IMG/VR virus record: IMGVR_UViG_3300003793_000002
Location: 1-30,756 of that record
Source of the DNA: a virus
Taxonomy: Duplodnaviria > Caudoviricetes
Strand: one strand, 5' to 3'
Length of the DNA stretch: 30,756 nucleotides
The notes under the pieces: generated by a model
Told to the model about the DNA's origin: nothing
The model's input: only the letters and a program-made list of their open reading frames with translations
The model's database searches: none
In this document: piece after piece, positions 1-8,306 of the stretch
How positions within the stretch are numbered: position 1 is the stretch's first letter
Layout: each line of letters opens with the position of its first letter
Made by a program: the position numbers and the translations under genes

Positions 1-242
1 CAAATACAGCAAATATATTATTAAGAGTAAAGTATACAGATACAGCTACGATGTTAACTGCTTATCAATCAGCAATACTTTCAAGGGTAAAATATACTGA
101 TTCTGCTTCTATGTTAGCAGCCTATCAAACTGCTATAAATACAAATACAGCAAATATATTATTAAGAGTAAAGTATACAGATACAGCTACGATGTTAACT
201 GCTTATCAATCAGCAATACTTTCAAGGGTAAAATATACTGAT
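1..242 (+). repeat. Exact 101-bp direct repeat (1-101 and 142-242; period 141 nt = 47 aa) inside the fibre gene
   Basis: caaatacagcaaatatattattaagag...aaatatactgat occurs twice, identically. Confidence 0.95.
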
Positions 243-1382
243 ACGTCATCTATGCTTGCTGCTTATGCAAGTTCATTAAATGGAAAAGTAAAGTTTACCG
301 ATACGGCTAGTATGCTTACAGCTTATCAAACAGCTTTGAATAATAGAATAAAATATTCTGATAGTACTAAGTATATCACCCCTACTTATTTTAATGCTAA
401 TAAAGGGATTAGTTTATCTGCCATCTCAGCCACTACCCCTATGACATTTAACACTTCGACAGGAGTTATTGCGATTGGGCAGTCAACTACTAGCACAAAT
501 GGGTATTTGAGTAGTACAGATTGGAATAGGTTTGATGGGAAGCTAAATATATCAGATACACTTACGATGTTAAATAATAGAATATCAGCTATTACTTTAA
601 ATAGTAGCGGTGTGATACATAATAGTCCTATTAATTTCGTAAGAAGTGGAGGCGGATGGGTAGGGTCGATGTCATTAGTAACACAATCTGCTTATAAAGT
701 CTTTTGGAATAATACAAATGCTTCTGCAACACCTAATTGGTATTCATTAGACAGTAACGCATTTGGAGGGAATTTTGCGGGACAGGTTAGAAATACTTTT
801 TCCGCCACCCGTAACGTTTCCACAGGCTCAATCTTTACCTACAATAGTAGTGCAGGAGTGTATAATTTAGATACGACTAAATATCAACAGCCATTAGTAA
901 GCGGAACGAATATTAAGACAGTTAATAGCAATAGTTTATTGGGTAGTGGTGATGTTTCAGTTGGCACAGTTACTAGCGTTGCAACAGGCTTCGGATTAAC
1001 AGGGGGAACGATTACTACAACAGGAACACTAAAAGTAGATAGTGCGGCAGTACCTACTGTTACACAAACTTTCAGCCCTATTATTACCCTTACAGACGGC
1101 GCAACGATTACTTGGGACGCTACCTATGGCTGCAATGCTAAAGTAACACTTTCAGGGACGGGGCGAACGCTAACTATATCCAATGCAGTTGCAGGGCGAA
1201 CATATCACTTAGACATCTACCAAGATGGAACGGGTAGCAGAACAATCACCACATATACAAATTTAATCAGCCCAGCAGGGGTAATACCTGCACTAACTAC
1301 AACGGCGAATGCAAGAGATGAGATATGTATGTTTTATGATGGTTCAAAATTTACAGCAATTTGGTTATTAAATGTAAAGTAA
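1..1382 (+). CDS. Tail fibre-like protein, 5'-truncated by the window edge
   Basis: The frame is open from the window start. It has repeats of RVKYTDxAxMLxAYQ, the motifs LVSGTNIKTVNSNSLLGSGDV and GTVTSVATGxGLTGG, and a C-terminal TLTDGATITWD...QDGTGSRTIT domain seen in phage fibres. It lies just upstream of the lysis genes. Confidence 0.75.
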   Translation, partial: NTANILLRVKYTDTATMLTAYQSAILSRVKYTDSASMLAAYQTAINTNTANILLRVKYTDTATMLTAYQSAILSRVKYTDTSSMLAAYASSLNGKVKFTDTASMLTAYQTALNNRIKYSDSTKYITPTYFNANKGISLSAISATTPMTFNTSTGVIAIGQSTTSTNGYLSSTDWNRFDGKLNISDTLTMLNNRISAITLNSSGVIHNSPINFVRSGGGWVGSMSLVTQSAYKVFWNNTNASATPNWYSLDSNAFGGNFAGQVRNTFSATRNVSTGSIFTYNSSAGVYNLDTTKYQQPLVSGTNIKTVNSNSLLGSGDVSVGTVTSVATGFGLTGGTITTTGTLKVDSAAVPTVTQTFSPIITLTDGATITWDATYGCNAKVTLSGTGRTLTISNAVAGRTYHLDIYQDGTGSRTITTYTNLISPAGVIPALTTTANARDEICMFYDGSKFTAIWLLNVK

Positions 1383-2116
1383 TGAGAGTATTAGTTTTCA
1401 TATTGTTATTAATTGGCACGGCTAGCGCACAGCCTATGCGCTTCTTTACGGGAGCAATGGGGCAATATTCGCCTATTGTTAAAAATGGATTAGTTTGTTG
1501 GCTTGATGGTGGTAATTCAGTATCAGCAAACGGGGTGTCTAATACATGGCTTGACTTAAGTGGTAATAGTAATAATATATCATTATCTGGCAATACATTT
1601 AGCACATCTTATAACGGCTATTTTAGTTTTTCAAGTGCAAATAATAGCTTAACTCTTAGTGGTAGTGGGTTATATCAAAACATAGCTACATTAATGGTGT
1701 GGCTATATTATACAACCTCACAGTATAGCCAAGTTATATATTTAGGAAATGCGGCAATTGCAGGGGTAGGTATTATTATTAATAATGGTTCTGGCGCAAG
1801 CGGTAATAAAGCTACGGTATTATTTGGGGGTAAAAGTTATAGTGCCGCAGGCTCAGTAACATTAACAGCTAACACATGGTATTGCCTAGCATTAAGTATA
1901 GCCAACACTCCGTTATGCTCATTTTATTCAAATACTACTTTAGTAGGCTCAACAACAACAGTACCTAATGGGGCAGGGGTTTATAGTACACAAATGGCTA
2001 TGGCATCTCAAAATTTCACAGGTGGATTAGGTCAAGCACTAATATATAATAGGGCGTTATCATCAACTGAAATTACTCAAAATTACAACGCCACAAAAGG
2101 CAGATACGGATATTAA
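1382..2116 (+). CDS. LamG/concanavalin-A-like domain protein with N-terminal signal peptide
   Basis: ATG at 1382 overlaps the upstream TAA. Motifs GLVCWLDG, WLDLSGNSN, NTWY and IYNRALSSTEITQNYNA. N-terminus is MRVLVFILLLIGTASA-Q. Confidence 0.8.
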   Translation: MRVLVFILLLIGTASAQPMRFFTGAMGQYSPIVKNGLVCWLDGGNSVSANGVSNTWLDLSGNSNNISLSGNTFSTSYNGYFSFSSANNSLTLSGSGLYQNIATLMVWLYYTTSQYSQVIYLGNAAIAGVGIIINNGSGASGNKATVLFGGKSYSAAGSVTLTANTWYCLALSIANTPLCSFYSNTTLVGSTTTVPNGAGVYSTQMAMASQNFTGGLGQALIYNRALSSTEITQNYNATKGRYGY

Positions 2117-2129
2117 ACTTATAAATATT

Positions 2130-2480
2130 ATGAAAAAATTATTGTTATCATTATTAGTATTTGGGGCATTAAGCGTTAAGGCTCAAACAATAGACACAAC
2201 CGTACATGAGTATAGTGCAGCGAAGATTGTAGACTACCTACACGGCAACGGTTGCGTACCCGAAAGTATAGATACTATTAGGTGGGTAGGCTATGACGGA
2301 TATACTTACCACTCAAAAGATAGTACTTGTGAAGTTAAATATATCCTTCGTGCTAGTGACGGGCGCAATGTTATTCGCAATACTTACAACCTTTCAGCAT
2401 CACAATATATCACTTGGGACGGTTCAGATATTGGGCTTATCGCAATAATAGTATCAGCATTACATTTAACCTTTAAATAA
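2130..2480 (+). CDS. Secreted hypothetical protein, possibly a fibre-associated chaperone-like protein
   Basis: Signal peptide MKKLLLSLLVFGALSVKA-Q; position directly after the fibre and lectin genes. Confidence 0.55.
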   Translation: MKKLLLSLLVFGALSVKAQTIDTTVHEYSAAKIVDYLHGNGCVPESIDTIRWVGYDGYTYHSKDSTCEVKYILRASDGRNVIRNTYNLSASQYITWDGSDIGLIAIIVSALHLTFK

Positions 2481-2489
2481 AAAACAACT

Positions 2490-2714
2490 ATGGAAACAGG
2501 TATCAATTGGCAAGAGGTAGCAGCATTTTTAGTGATATTAACAGGATTGATTGGGTTTTATACCGCTACTCATGTAAGGCTAAACGGTCACGATATAAAG
2601 ATTAAAGCATTGGAGGATAGAGAGGAAAAGACGGATACCCGTTTCGATAAGATTATGGATAAATTGGAAAGTATTTTATTGAAACTAGAAAACAAGCAGG
2701 ACAAACATAATTAA
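2490..2714 (+). CDS. Holin-like protein (single TM plus coiled coil)
   Basis: N-terminal TM VAAFLVILTGLIGFY, charged coiled-coil tail, lysis-module position. Confidence 0.55.
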   Translation: METGINWQEVAAFLVILTGLIGFYTATHVRLNGHDIKIKALEDREEKTDTRFDKIMDKLESILLKLENKQDKHN

Positions 2715-3047
2715 ATGATAACCGCCTTAAAGATATTGTATGTATTGTGCAGTATGTATGTGGGCTATTTAATAATTGATAATAAAACAAAAAAGATGAA
2801 AAAGTTTTTAGGAGTTATGTTTATGTTACTTGTCGCTAGTTGTGGGTTAGCAATAGCGCAAGATAGTACCGCAGTTAATGTAGTTAAAGATTTACTACCT
2901 ACAATCGAAGGTAAATTTACTTTCATTCCTTATGTATTAGGGGCATTGTTTGCAGTTAGTGAAGCACTTAGTTTTATCCCTTCTGTAAAGGCTAACGGTG
3001 TATTTCAGTTAGTATTTGGCTGGTTGAAAGCGGTACAAGGAAAATAA
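2715..3047 (+). CDS. Holin-like membrane protein (alternative start at 2796)
   Basis: Several hydrophobic segments; motif SEALSFIPSVKANGVFQL; a second in-frame ATG at 2796 gives MKKFLG...AIA-Q. Confidence 0.5.
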   Translation: MITALKILYVLCSMYVGYLIIDNKTKKMKKFLGVMFMLLVASCGLAIAQDSTAVNVVKDLLPTIEGKFTFIPYVLGALFAVSEALSFIPSVKANGVFQLVFGWLKAVQGK

Positions 3048-3052
3048 ATAGT

Positions 3053-3232
3053 AGTGGGTATGCCTCTCAAGTTGCTGACGGATAGAATCCCGATGACTTA
3101 GATGCACACTTTACCCACTCATGCCATTGTGGCTATACTGCCATAATTAAAGCAAGCGTAACAGTTAGGCTTGTCGTGTGTGTACACATTCGGTAACAGC
3201 CCTCAATACCACTGGGTGTTGAGGGTACTTTT
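3053..3232 (+). ncRNA. Candidate structured RNA with 4-5 consecutive hairpins
   Basis: Paired stems: AGTGGGTA/TACCCACT, ATTGTGGC/GCCATAAT, GCAAGC/GCTTGT and CCCTCAATACC/GGTGTTGAGGG. The G-U wobbles all work on the + strand. Confidence 0.5.
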
Positions 3233-3245
3233 AAAACACTTACAA

Positions 3246-3752
3246 ATGAAAAACTTCAAATTAGCCGTATTAGTAGCAGTCGTTTTATCTTTGCTTTATA
3301 GTTGCATGACAGACAGTAAGGCCTTACAAACAGTACTCACTAAAAAGCCGCTATTCGATACGGTCGGGAAAGTTTACACACAGTTGCATCCGTGTGACCC
3401 TATATCAATAGTACACCACAGCGATACAAGTTATTTACACGATACTTCGATTGTTACTTGCCACGATACTATTGGCAATTATATTCACGATACAACTACT
3501 ATTACCCACACTAATACTATTCACATTCACGATAAAGATACGATAGTAGACAACCAACAGATTAAAATACTCGAATCGCAAATTGAGAATAAGAATAAGC
3601 AAATAGCCGCACTTAATCAAGCGGTAACAGATAGCCGATTACAAGCAGCATCGAACGAAAAGGATGCTAGTAAGTGGGAGTTATACTTCTGGCTACTGAT
3701 TGCAGCGATAGTAATTGCGTTGGTATTGTATATAATTAAACCTAGATTATGA
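3246..3752 (+). CDS. Putative unimolecular spanin (lipoprotein with C-terminal TM)
   Basis: From ATG 3246: MKNFKLAVLVAVVLSLLYS-C lipobox, an HDT-repeat region, a coiled coil and a C-terminal TM (LYFWLLIAAIVIALVLYII). Lies between the holin-like genes and the lysozyme. Confidence 0.65.
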   Translation: MKNFKLAVLVAVVLSLLYSCMTDSKALQTVLTKKPLFDTVGKVYTQLHPCDPISIVHHSDTSYLHDTSIVTCHDTIGNYIHDTTTITHTNTIHIHDKDTIVDNQQIKILESQIENKNKQIAALNQAVTDSRLQAASNEKDASKWELYFWLLIAAIVIALVLYIIKPRL

Positions 3753-3985
3753 GTAAAAAAGAAGCATACACAATAACGGGAGAACAATTAGATAGAATAA
3801 AATACTTTAAATCAATGTTTGAAATTAATGCACAAGAAATAAAAGATTTATGTTCTACTGAAAAATCAGACATTGAATATGGATTTGCTTTAGGTAGTGT
3901 TTATACGCATCTTAGAAAACATTATTTTGATATGGATGAACTTGTAGATGATATAATAATTAATAACTTAACTACTAAATCCTAA
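3749..3985 (+). CDS. Hypothetical protein
   Basis: 78-aa ORF with ATGA overlap. Confidence 0.6.
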   Translation: MSKKEAYTITGEQLDRIKYFKSMFEINAQEIKDLCSTEKSDIEYGFALGSVYTHLRKHYFDMDELVDDIIINNLTTKS

Positions 3986-3988
3986 GTT

Positions 3989-4117
3989 ATGAATGAATAC
4001 ACAATAGTACAAAGTACAGGATTACCAATAACTGTTTTAGCAGTATCAATAATAGATGCAGTTAAAATAGCCGATAATGCAAATTCTGTTTATTCAACTT
4101 ATATAGTTTACCAATAA
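3989..4117 (+). CDS. Small hypothetical protein (42 aa, not in ORF track)
   Basis: MNEYTIVQSTGLPITVLAVSIIDAVKIAD... fills the gap and has a TAATG overlap with the next gene. Confidence 0.5.
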   Translation: MNEYTIVQSTGLPITVLAVSIIDAVKIADNANSVYSTYIVYQ

Positions 4118-4413
4118 TGACACTAAAACAACGCTACGAATCAATCGCAACAGCATACTTAAATAAATTCATTAAGAAGCAGGACATAGATTTTGATGGA
4201 TCGGTAAGTGATGATATTGGGGGCATTGCTTCTTTTTGTTGTCAGTACTTCTTTAGCCTTGACGATATACGCTACGATATAGATAATGAGTGTGAAGTAG
4301 GCTTAATACTTAGATGGCAAGAAGATGGAGTAGACCACCACATGAAAGGAAATAGAGATACAATTAACTATCATTCATATCACAAGGGATTGAGGTATGA
4401 AGATTTAAAATAA
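4117..4413 (+). CDS. Hypothetical phage protein
   Basis: 98-aa ORF, translationally coupled. Confidence 0.65.
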   Translation: MTLKQRYESIATAYLNKFIKKQDIDFDGSVSDDIGGIASFCCQYFFSLDDIRYDIDNECEVGLILRWQEDGVDHHMKGNRDTINYHSYHKGLRYEDLK

Positions 4414-4417
4414 AGTT

Positions 4418-4879
4418 ATGAGACAAGTAAATAAACAAACGATAGAATTAATAAAGCACTTCGAGGGGTTTTTCCCTAATGCCTACCACGATAGTATTGA
4501 CCCGACCTCGATAGACACTATTGGCTATGGTTCAACAACTTACCCCAATGGAACTAAAGTAAAAGTAGGTGACAAGACAATAACAGAGGCGCAAGCAATT
4601 GAATATTTAACCTTCGAGGTAAACCAAAAAGCGGTTGCCGTTAGTCATTTAGTTACCCCACAATTAACAGATAATCAGTTTGGGGCTTTGGTATCATTTG
4701 CATACAATTTAGGTGAGGGTAACCTATCCTCATCAACTCTATTAAAGAAAGTAAACGCTAACCCTAAAGACCCTGCTATTCAGCTTGAATTTGATAAATG
4801 GATATATTCTAACCACTTACCCGTTAAAGGTCTAGAAACACGCCGCAGAGCCGAATGGCAACTATATAACACAATATGA
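4418..4879 (+). CDS. Endolysin, GH24 phage lysozyme
   Basis: Motifs IKHFEG...AYHD...TIGYG, NQFGALVSFAYNLG, SSTLLKKVN and GLETRRRAE. Confidence 0.95.
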   Translation: MRQVNKQTIELIKHFEGFFPNAYHDSIDPTSIDTIGYGSTTYPNGTKVKVGDKTITEAQAIEYLTFEVNQKAVAVSHLVTPQLTDNQFGALVSFAYNLGEGNLSSSTLLKKVNANPKDPAIQLEFDKWIYSNHLPVKGLETRRRAEWQLYNTI

Positions 4880-4968
4880 TAATAGCCTACACCTTACTAT
4901 TTTTATTCACTCTCATAGTTTCGTTTCTATGGGCTAACCTTATTGATAATGCCCACCCCACCAATTAA
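4876..4968 (+). CDS. Small TM peptide (30 aa)
   Basis: MIIAYTLLFLFTLIVSFLWANLIDNAHPTN; ATGA overlap with the lysozyme stop. Confidence 0.4.
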   Translation: MIIAYTLLFLFTLIVSFLWANLIDNAHPTN

Positions 4969-5013
4969 ATTCGAGCCGTTAAGGTTCATAAATACTTTAC
5001 CTAAAAAGAAGAT

Positions 5014-6186
5014 ATGCCTAACACCGAAGAAAAAGAAGTTAAAACAAAGGGGCAACAGATAAAGGAGTATTATCTGGCTAATCAATCGGAAGGCTACGAT
5101 AGTATCGCCGAAAGGTTTAAAAGTACTAAGGCTTTTATAGCCAAGTGTATTAGCGAACTTCGCAAAGAGGGTAAACTACCTAAGTTAGAAGAAGGGTATA
5201 GGCAAAAGAAAACGATTGAAGAAAAGCACGTTGCACTTGCAGAGGAATGCGAAAATAGCGGTATTCCGTTTGACAGCGTTAAACATGGATGGTACAAAGG
5301 AGAACACTTTAGTTTGTTCTTTAATAAGCAAGTAACGTGGGAGGATTTAAAAGAAGAAATAGTTAACGAAGTTAAGCAATATGCACCCAAATACCCTAAT
5401 ATACTTTACCCACAATACGAAGATGCACATCTATTAGTTATAGACCCTGCTGATATTCACATAAACAAACTATGTAGTGCCTTTGAAACGGGGGATGAGT
5501 ACAATATAGAAATAGCAGTTACAAGGGTTAAAGAGGGGATAATGTCGCTATTAAATAAGGTGCGCTTTTATAATGTAGATAAAGTACTTTTAATAATTGG
5601 TAATGATATTCTACACACGGATAACCCACAAAGCACGACAACAGCAGGGACTAGACAAGATACTCAAGTTATGTGGTATGATGCTTTTATGATAGCTAAG
5701 AAATTGATTATTTGGGTAATAGAAACACTTTCAACTATCGCACCTACGCAAGTCGATTACAACCCGTCTAATCACGATTATATGACGGGTTTTCTTTTGG
5801 CACAAACTTTAGAGGCATGGTTTTCAAAGTGCGAACATATTACTTTTAATGTAGGGATGGCTCACAGAAAGTATTTTGTTTACGGACAAAACCTTATTGG
5901 AAGCACTCACGGGGACGGCGCAAAAGAAACTGATTTAGCGTTACTGATGGCACACGAAGCAGGTGAAAATTGGTATAAATGCAAACATCGTTATTACTAT
6001 ACTCATCATATTCACCACAAAAAAAGCAAGGATTATATGAGTGTTACCGTTGAAAGTATGCGAAGCCCAAGCGGGGCGGATAGTTGGCACGCTCGCAATG
6101 CTTTTCAATATGCACCCAAAGCAATAGATTGTTTTTTACATCATCCTACACAAGGACAGATAGGAAGATTCACCCATTTATTTTAA
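5014..6186 (+). CDS. Calcineurin-like metallophosphoesterase with N-terminal HTH-like region
   Basis: Metal-binding motifs DIH, GNDxxH, SNHD, HGD and HIHH, in canonical order. Confidence 0.85.
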   Translation: MPNTEEKEVKTKGQQIKEYYLANQSEGYDSIAERFKSTKAFIAKCISELRKEGKLPKLEEGYRQKKTIEEKHVALAEECENSGIPFDSVKHGWYKGEHFSLFFNKQVTWEDLKEEIVNEVKQYAPKYPNILYPQYEDAHLLVIDPADIHINKLCSAFETGDEYNIEIAVTRVKEGIMSLLNKVRFYNVDKVLLIIGNDILHTDNPQSTTTAGTRQDTQVMWYDAFMIAKKLIIWVIETLSTIAPTQVDYNPSNHDYMTGFLLAQTLEAWFSKCEHITFNVGMAHRKYFVYGQNLIGSTHGDGAKETDLALLMAHEAGENWYKCKHRYYYTHHIHHKKSKDYMSVTVESMRSPSGADSWHARNAFQYAPKAIDCFLHHPTQGQIGRFTHLF

Positions 6187-6190
6187 CATT

Positions 6191-6373
6191 ATGACCCCAA
6201 TAGAAAAAAGACTACTAGAATGTAATATAGCCCCAACAGAGCCGCTAATTAACTTGCTAAAGAATATGATGGCAATTGGCTACGCAACCGCTTGTATGGG
6301 CATCTCTACCACCACACTAGAAGATTTGCAGCGTGATTGGTTTAGCGAAGAAAAGAAGAAAGTTAGTAACTGA
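6191..6373 (+). CDS. Hypothetical protein, paralog of 6387..6596
   Basis: MTPIEKRL...PT..LI.L.K..M..GY.TA...WF.E. Confidence 0.65.
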   Translation: MTPIEKRLLECNIAPTEPLINLLKNMMAIGYATACMGISTTTLEDLQRDWFSEEKKKVSN

Positions 6374-6386
6374 AACAAATACAACT

Positions 6387-6596
6387 ATGACTAAAGCAGA
6401 AAAGCGATTAAAAAAGATAGGTTATAATCCTACGTTTATGCTTATTGAATTAATGAAGGAGTGCATGGAATTAGGTTACGATACGGCTATTAAAATGTCA
6501 CGAATAAGAAAGGATAGTTTGATTAAGCAATGGTTTGAGGATGACCTTAAAAAGATAGCAAAAGAACGTGCAGAGAATTATATGAATTTGCCGTAA
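6387..6596 (+). CDS. Hypothetical protein, paralog of 6191..6373
   Basis: ATG at 6387; MTKAEKRL...PT..LI.L.K..M..GY.TA...WF. Confidence 0.65.
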   Translation: MTKAEKRLKKIGYNPTFMLIELMKECMELGYDTAIKMSRIRKDSLIKQWFEDDLKKIAKERAENYMNLP

Positions 6597-6733
6597 TATC
6601 ACCCAATAATAGTAATTTTGATAATGTATTAACAAAATTACTATCAAAATTGATAATTAAATGGTTACTATTCGGAAAATATCCGAGATGCTTATTAAAA
6701 TATGGCAAGTAAAATGCGCAGAATAGTCGACAT

Positions 6734-6767
6734 AAAAAAGCCCCTGTTAAAAAACAGAGGACTTTTT
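6734..6767. terminator. Intrinsic terminator, probably bidirectional and better on the minus strand
   Basis: AAAAAAGCCCCTGTT-AAAA-AACAGAGGACTTTTT. Confidence 0.7.
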
Positions 6768-6863
6768 GCGGCTTGATAAGACCAAACGGGTAAAACCAAG
6801 TCGGCTTAAATAAAAGACTTGACCAGTAAGCTGTTCTAATGGTAAGCTGCCAAGTACTGTTGG
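6734..6863 (-). ncRNA. Candidate ~130-nt sRNA
   Basis: Minus-strand TATATTTG promoter at 6866-6873, terminator at 6734-6767, internal hairpins and no convincing ORF. Confidence 0.4.
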
Positions 6864-6865
6864 GG

Positions 6866-6894
6866 CAAATATAATCATTTATAAACTATCTTTG
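6866..6894. promoter_or_regulatory. Back-to-back Bacteroidota -7 promoter elements
   Basis: TATATTTG on minus (6866-6873) and TATCTTTG on plus (6887-6894) both match TAnnTTTG. Confidence 0.65.
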
Positions 6895-6899
6895 TGATT

Positions 6900-7706
6900 A
6901 TGAAAAAACTATTTAAAGACGGAGAAGCAGAAAGAGTAACCGTACGAGTAAACAAGGTAATAAAATTAAAAGCAATTATAGGCAAAGTGTTTAAGCATAC
7001 GCCTAAGTCGTTGGTTCTGTTTACCATCTTGGTGGCATCAACGTTATGGTCGTGGGGGCAACACACGATAGAAATTAAGCATAAATACTATACGGTGCAA
7101 TTTGATACGGCATTTTGTCAAGGGATACTTAACCACTACACACAAACTATTGCGCATCATAATAGCCCTAAATTAAAGCGTGAAGGTAGTTTATTAACCG
7201 AGTTCCATAAAGACCAGTTAATACCCTCTAAATGGCAAACGGTAAGTAAGTCCGACTATGCGAACTACAATAAGAAATACAAGGGAGATAAACATAATAC
7301 TGTTGACATCGGGCATATAATCCCATACCAATCTATGTCTTTCGATAGTATAGCAGCAGAGGAAACTATGATGTTTTCTACTAATACAGCCTTTCAAATA
7401 TCGTGGTTCAATGAGCAACAATGGAAGAATATAGAGGCGATAGTGTTTGATAGTATTGGCAGTAAGTATGATTGTGAAGTTTACACTGGGGTATTAATCA
7501 GCACTTCACACCCACATAAGTACAACCAAGTTTATATAGCGGATTATTATTTTAAAATAGTCAAATTCGACCACTTAACTTTGGCGTGGTTAGGGTTAAA
7601 TAGTCCTACCAATACAAGCACTAAGCCAAGCGATGCAGCTATTTCTATTGATAAACTAAAAGCTATTATCTTACAGTATTATCCTCAAATTAAACTGCCT
7701 TTTTAA
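6900..7706 (+). CDS. DNA/RNA non-specific endonuclease (His-Me finger), exported or membrane-anchored
   Basis: DIGHIIP (DRGH-like), TMMFSTN..Q...FN...WKNIE, VYTG and YYFKIV; hydrophobic segment ending WSWG-Q. Confidence 0.85.
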   Translation: MKKLFKDGEAERVTVRVNKVIKLKAIIGKVFKHTPKSLVLFTILVASTLWSWGQHTIEIKHKYYTVQFDTAFCQGILNHYTQTIAHHNSPKLKREGSLLTEFHKDQLIPSKWQTVSKSDYANYNKKYKGDKHNTVDIGHIIPYQSMSFDSIAAEETMMFSTNTAFQISWFNEQQWKNIEAIVFDSIGSKYDCEVYTGVLISTSHPHKYNQVYIADYYFKIVKFDHLTLAWLGLNSPTNTSTKPSDAAISIDKLKAIILQYYPQIKLPF

Positions 7707-7760
7707 TACTTTCCCCCTTATTTATAAAAAAACATACCAAATAAGAAGGTTTAAAACTGC

Positions 7761-7964
7761 TTAATTAATCAATTCAAACATCACACATCCTGCATCATTT
7801 GCGCCTATCTTCTTTAGCCCCGTAGCTGTATTATTAGCCCTTTGTTTAGCGCAATACTTTAGTTTATTAGTGTGCCTATGTGTAACAATGTGGATGCAGT
7901 TTTTACACCGTGTATTAGGCTTACTAATAGTTTTTCCTATATCGAATAAGTTTTGTTGTGTCAT
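7761..7964 (-). CDS. Small Cys-rich hypothetical protein
   Basis: MTQQNLFD...CKNCIH...C...C; last gene of the leftward operon. Confidence 0.6.
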   Translation of the reverse strand: MTQQNLFDIGKTISKPNTRCKNCIHIVTHRHTNKLKYCAKQRANNTATGLKKIGANDAGCVMFELIN

Positions 7965-8088
7965 AATTATTAATTTTATTCTATTATACTCCCTAATACC
8001 ACAACCCCCACTACCAACATCCACCAATTATTTAACCGTCCTGCAAAGTAGATAAGTGTGCAGCCGAGTGTGAATTTAAGAAGCTGTT

Positions 8089-8304
8089 TCATACCTGTAC
8101 TAATTTTCGATTAATAATATCAATTTCGTATTTGTTGCCACATCCACACTTATAAGGACTATGCCTATTAGCGTTACTCATGACATCATCTGGGCAATTT
8201 TCTAGCGTGTAAGTGCTTAATAAGCACTCACCGCCCTTAGATTGAAAATACATATCTTCTTTACATTTAGGGCAAATGACCCTTATTTCATCGTAGCATC
8301 CCAT
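8089..8304 (-). CDS. Zn-ribbon hypothetical protein
   Basis: CPKC, FQSK and CGCG. Confidence 0.65.
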   Translation of the reverse strand: MGCYDEIRVICPKCKEDMYFQSKGGECLLSTYTLENCPDDVMSNANRHSPYKCGCGNKYEIDIINRKLVQV

Positions 8305-8306
8305 AA

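Noticed and set aside
1-2116. Diversity-generating retroelement acting on the fibre or lectin
   Set aside because: No reverse transcriptase in the window, and the repeat is exact with no adenine-specific mismatches.
3074-3097. Second hammerhead (CUGAC...CGA)
   Set aside because: It lacks the CUGANGA and GAAA core and a stem III.
6608-6650. ATAGTAATTTTG/CAAAATTACTAT inverted repeat
   Set aside because: It is real but very AT-rich, with no supportable function.
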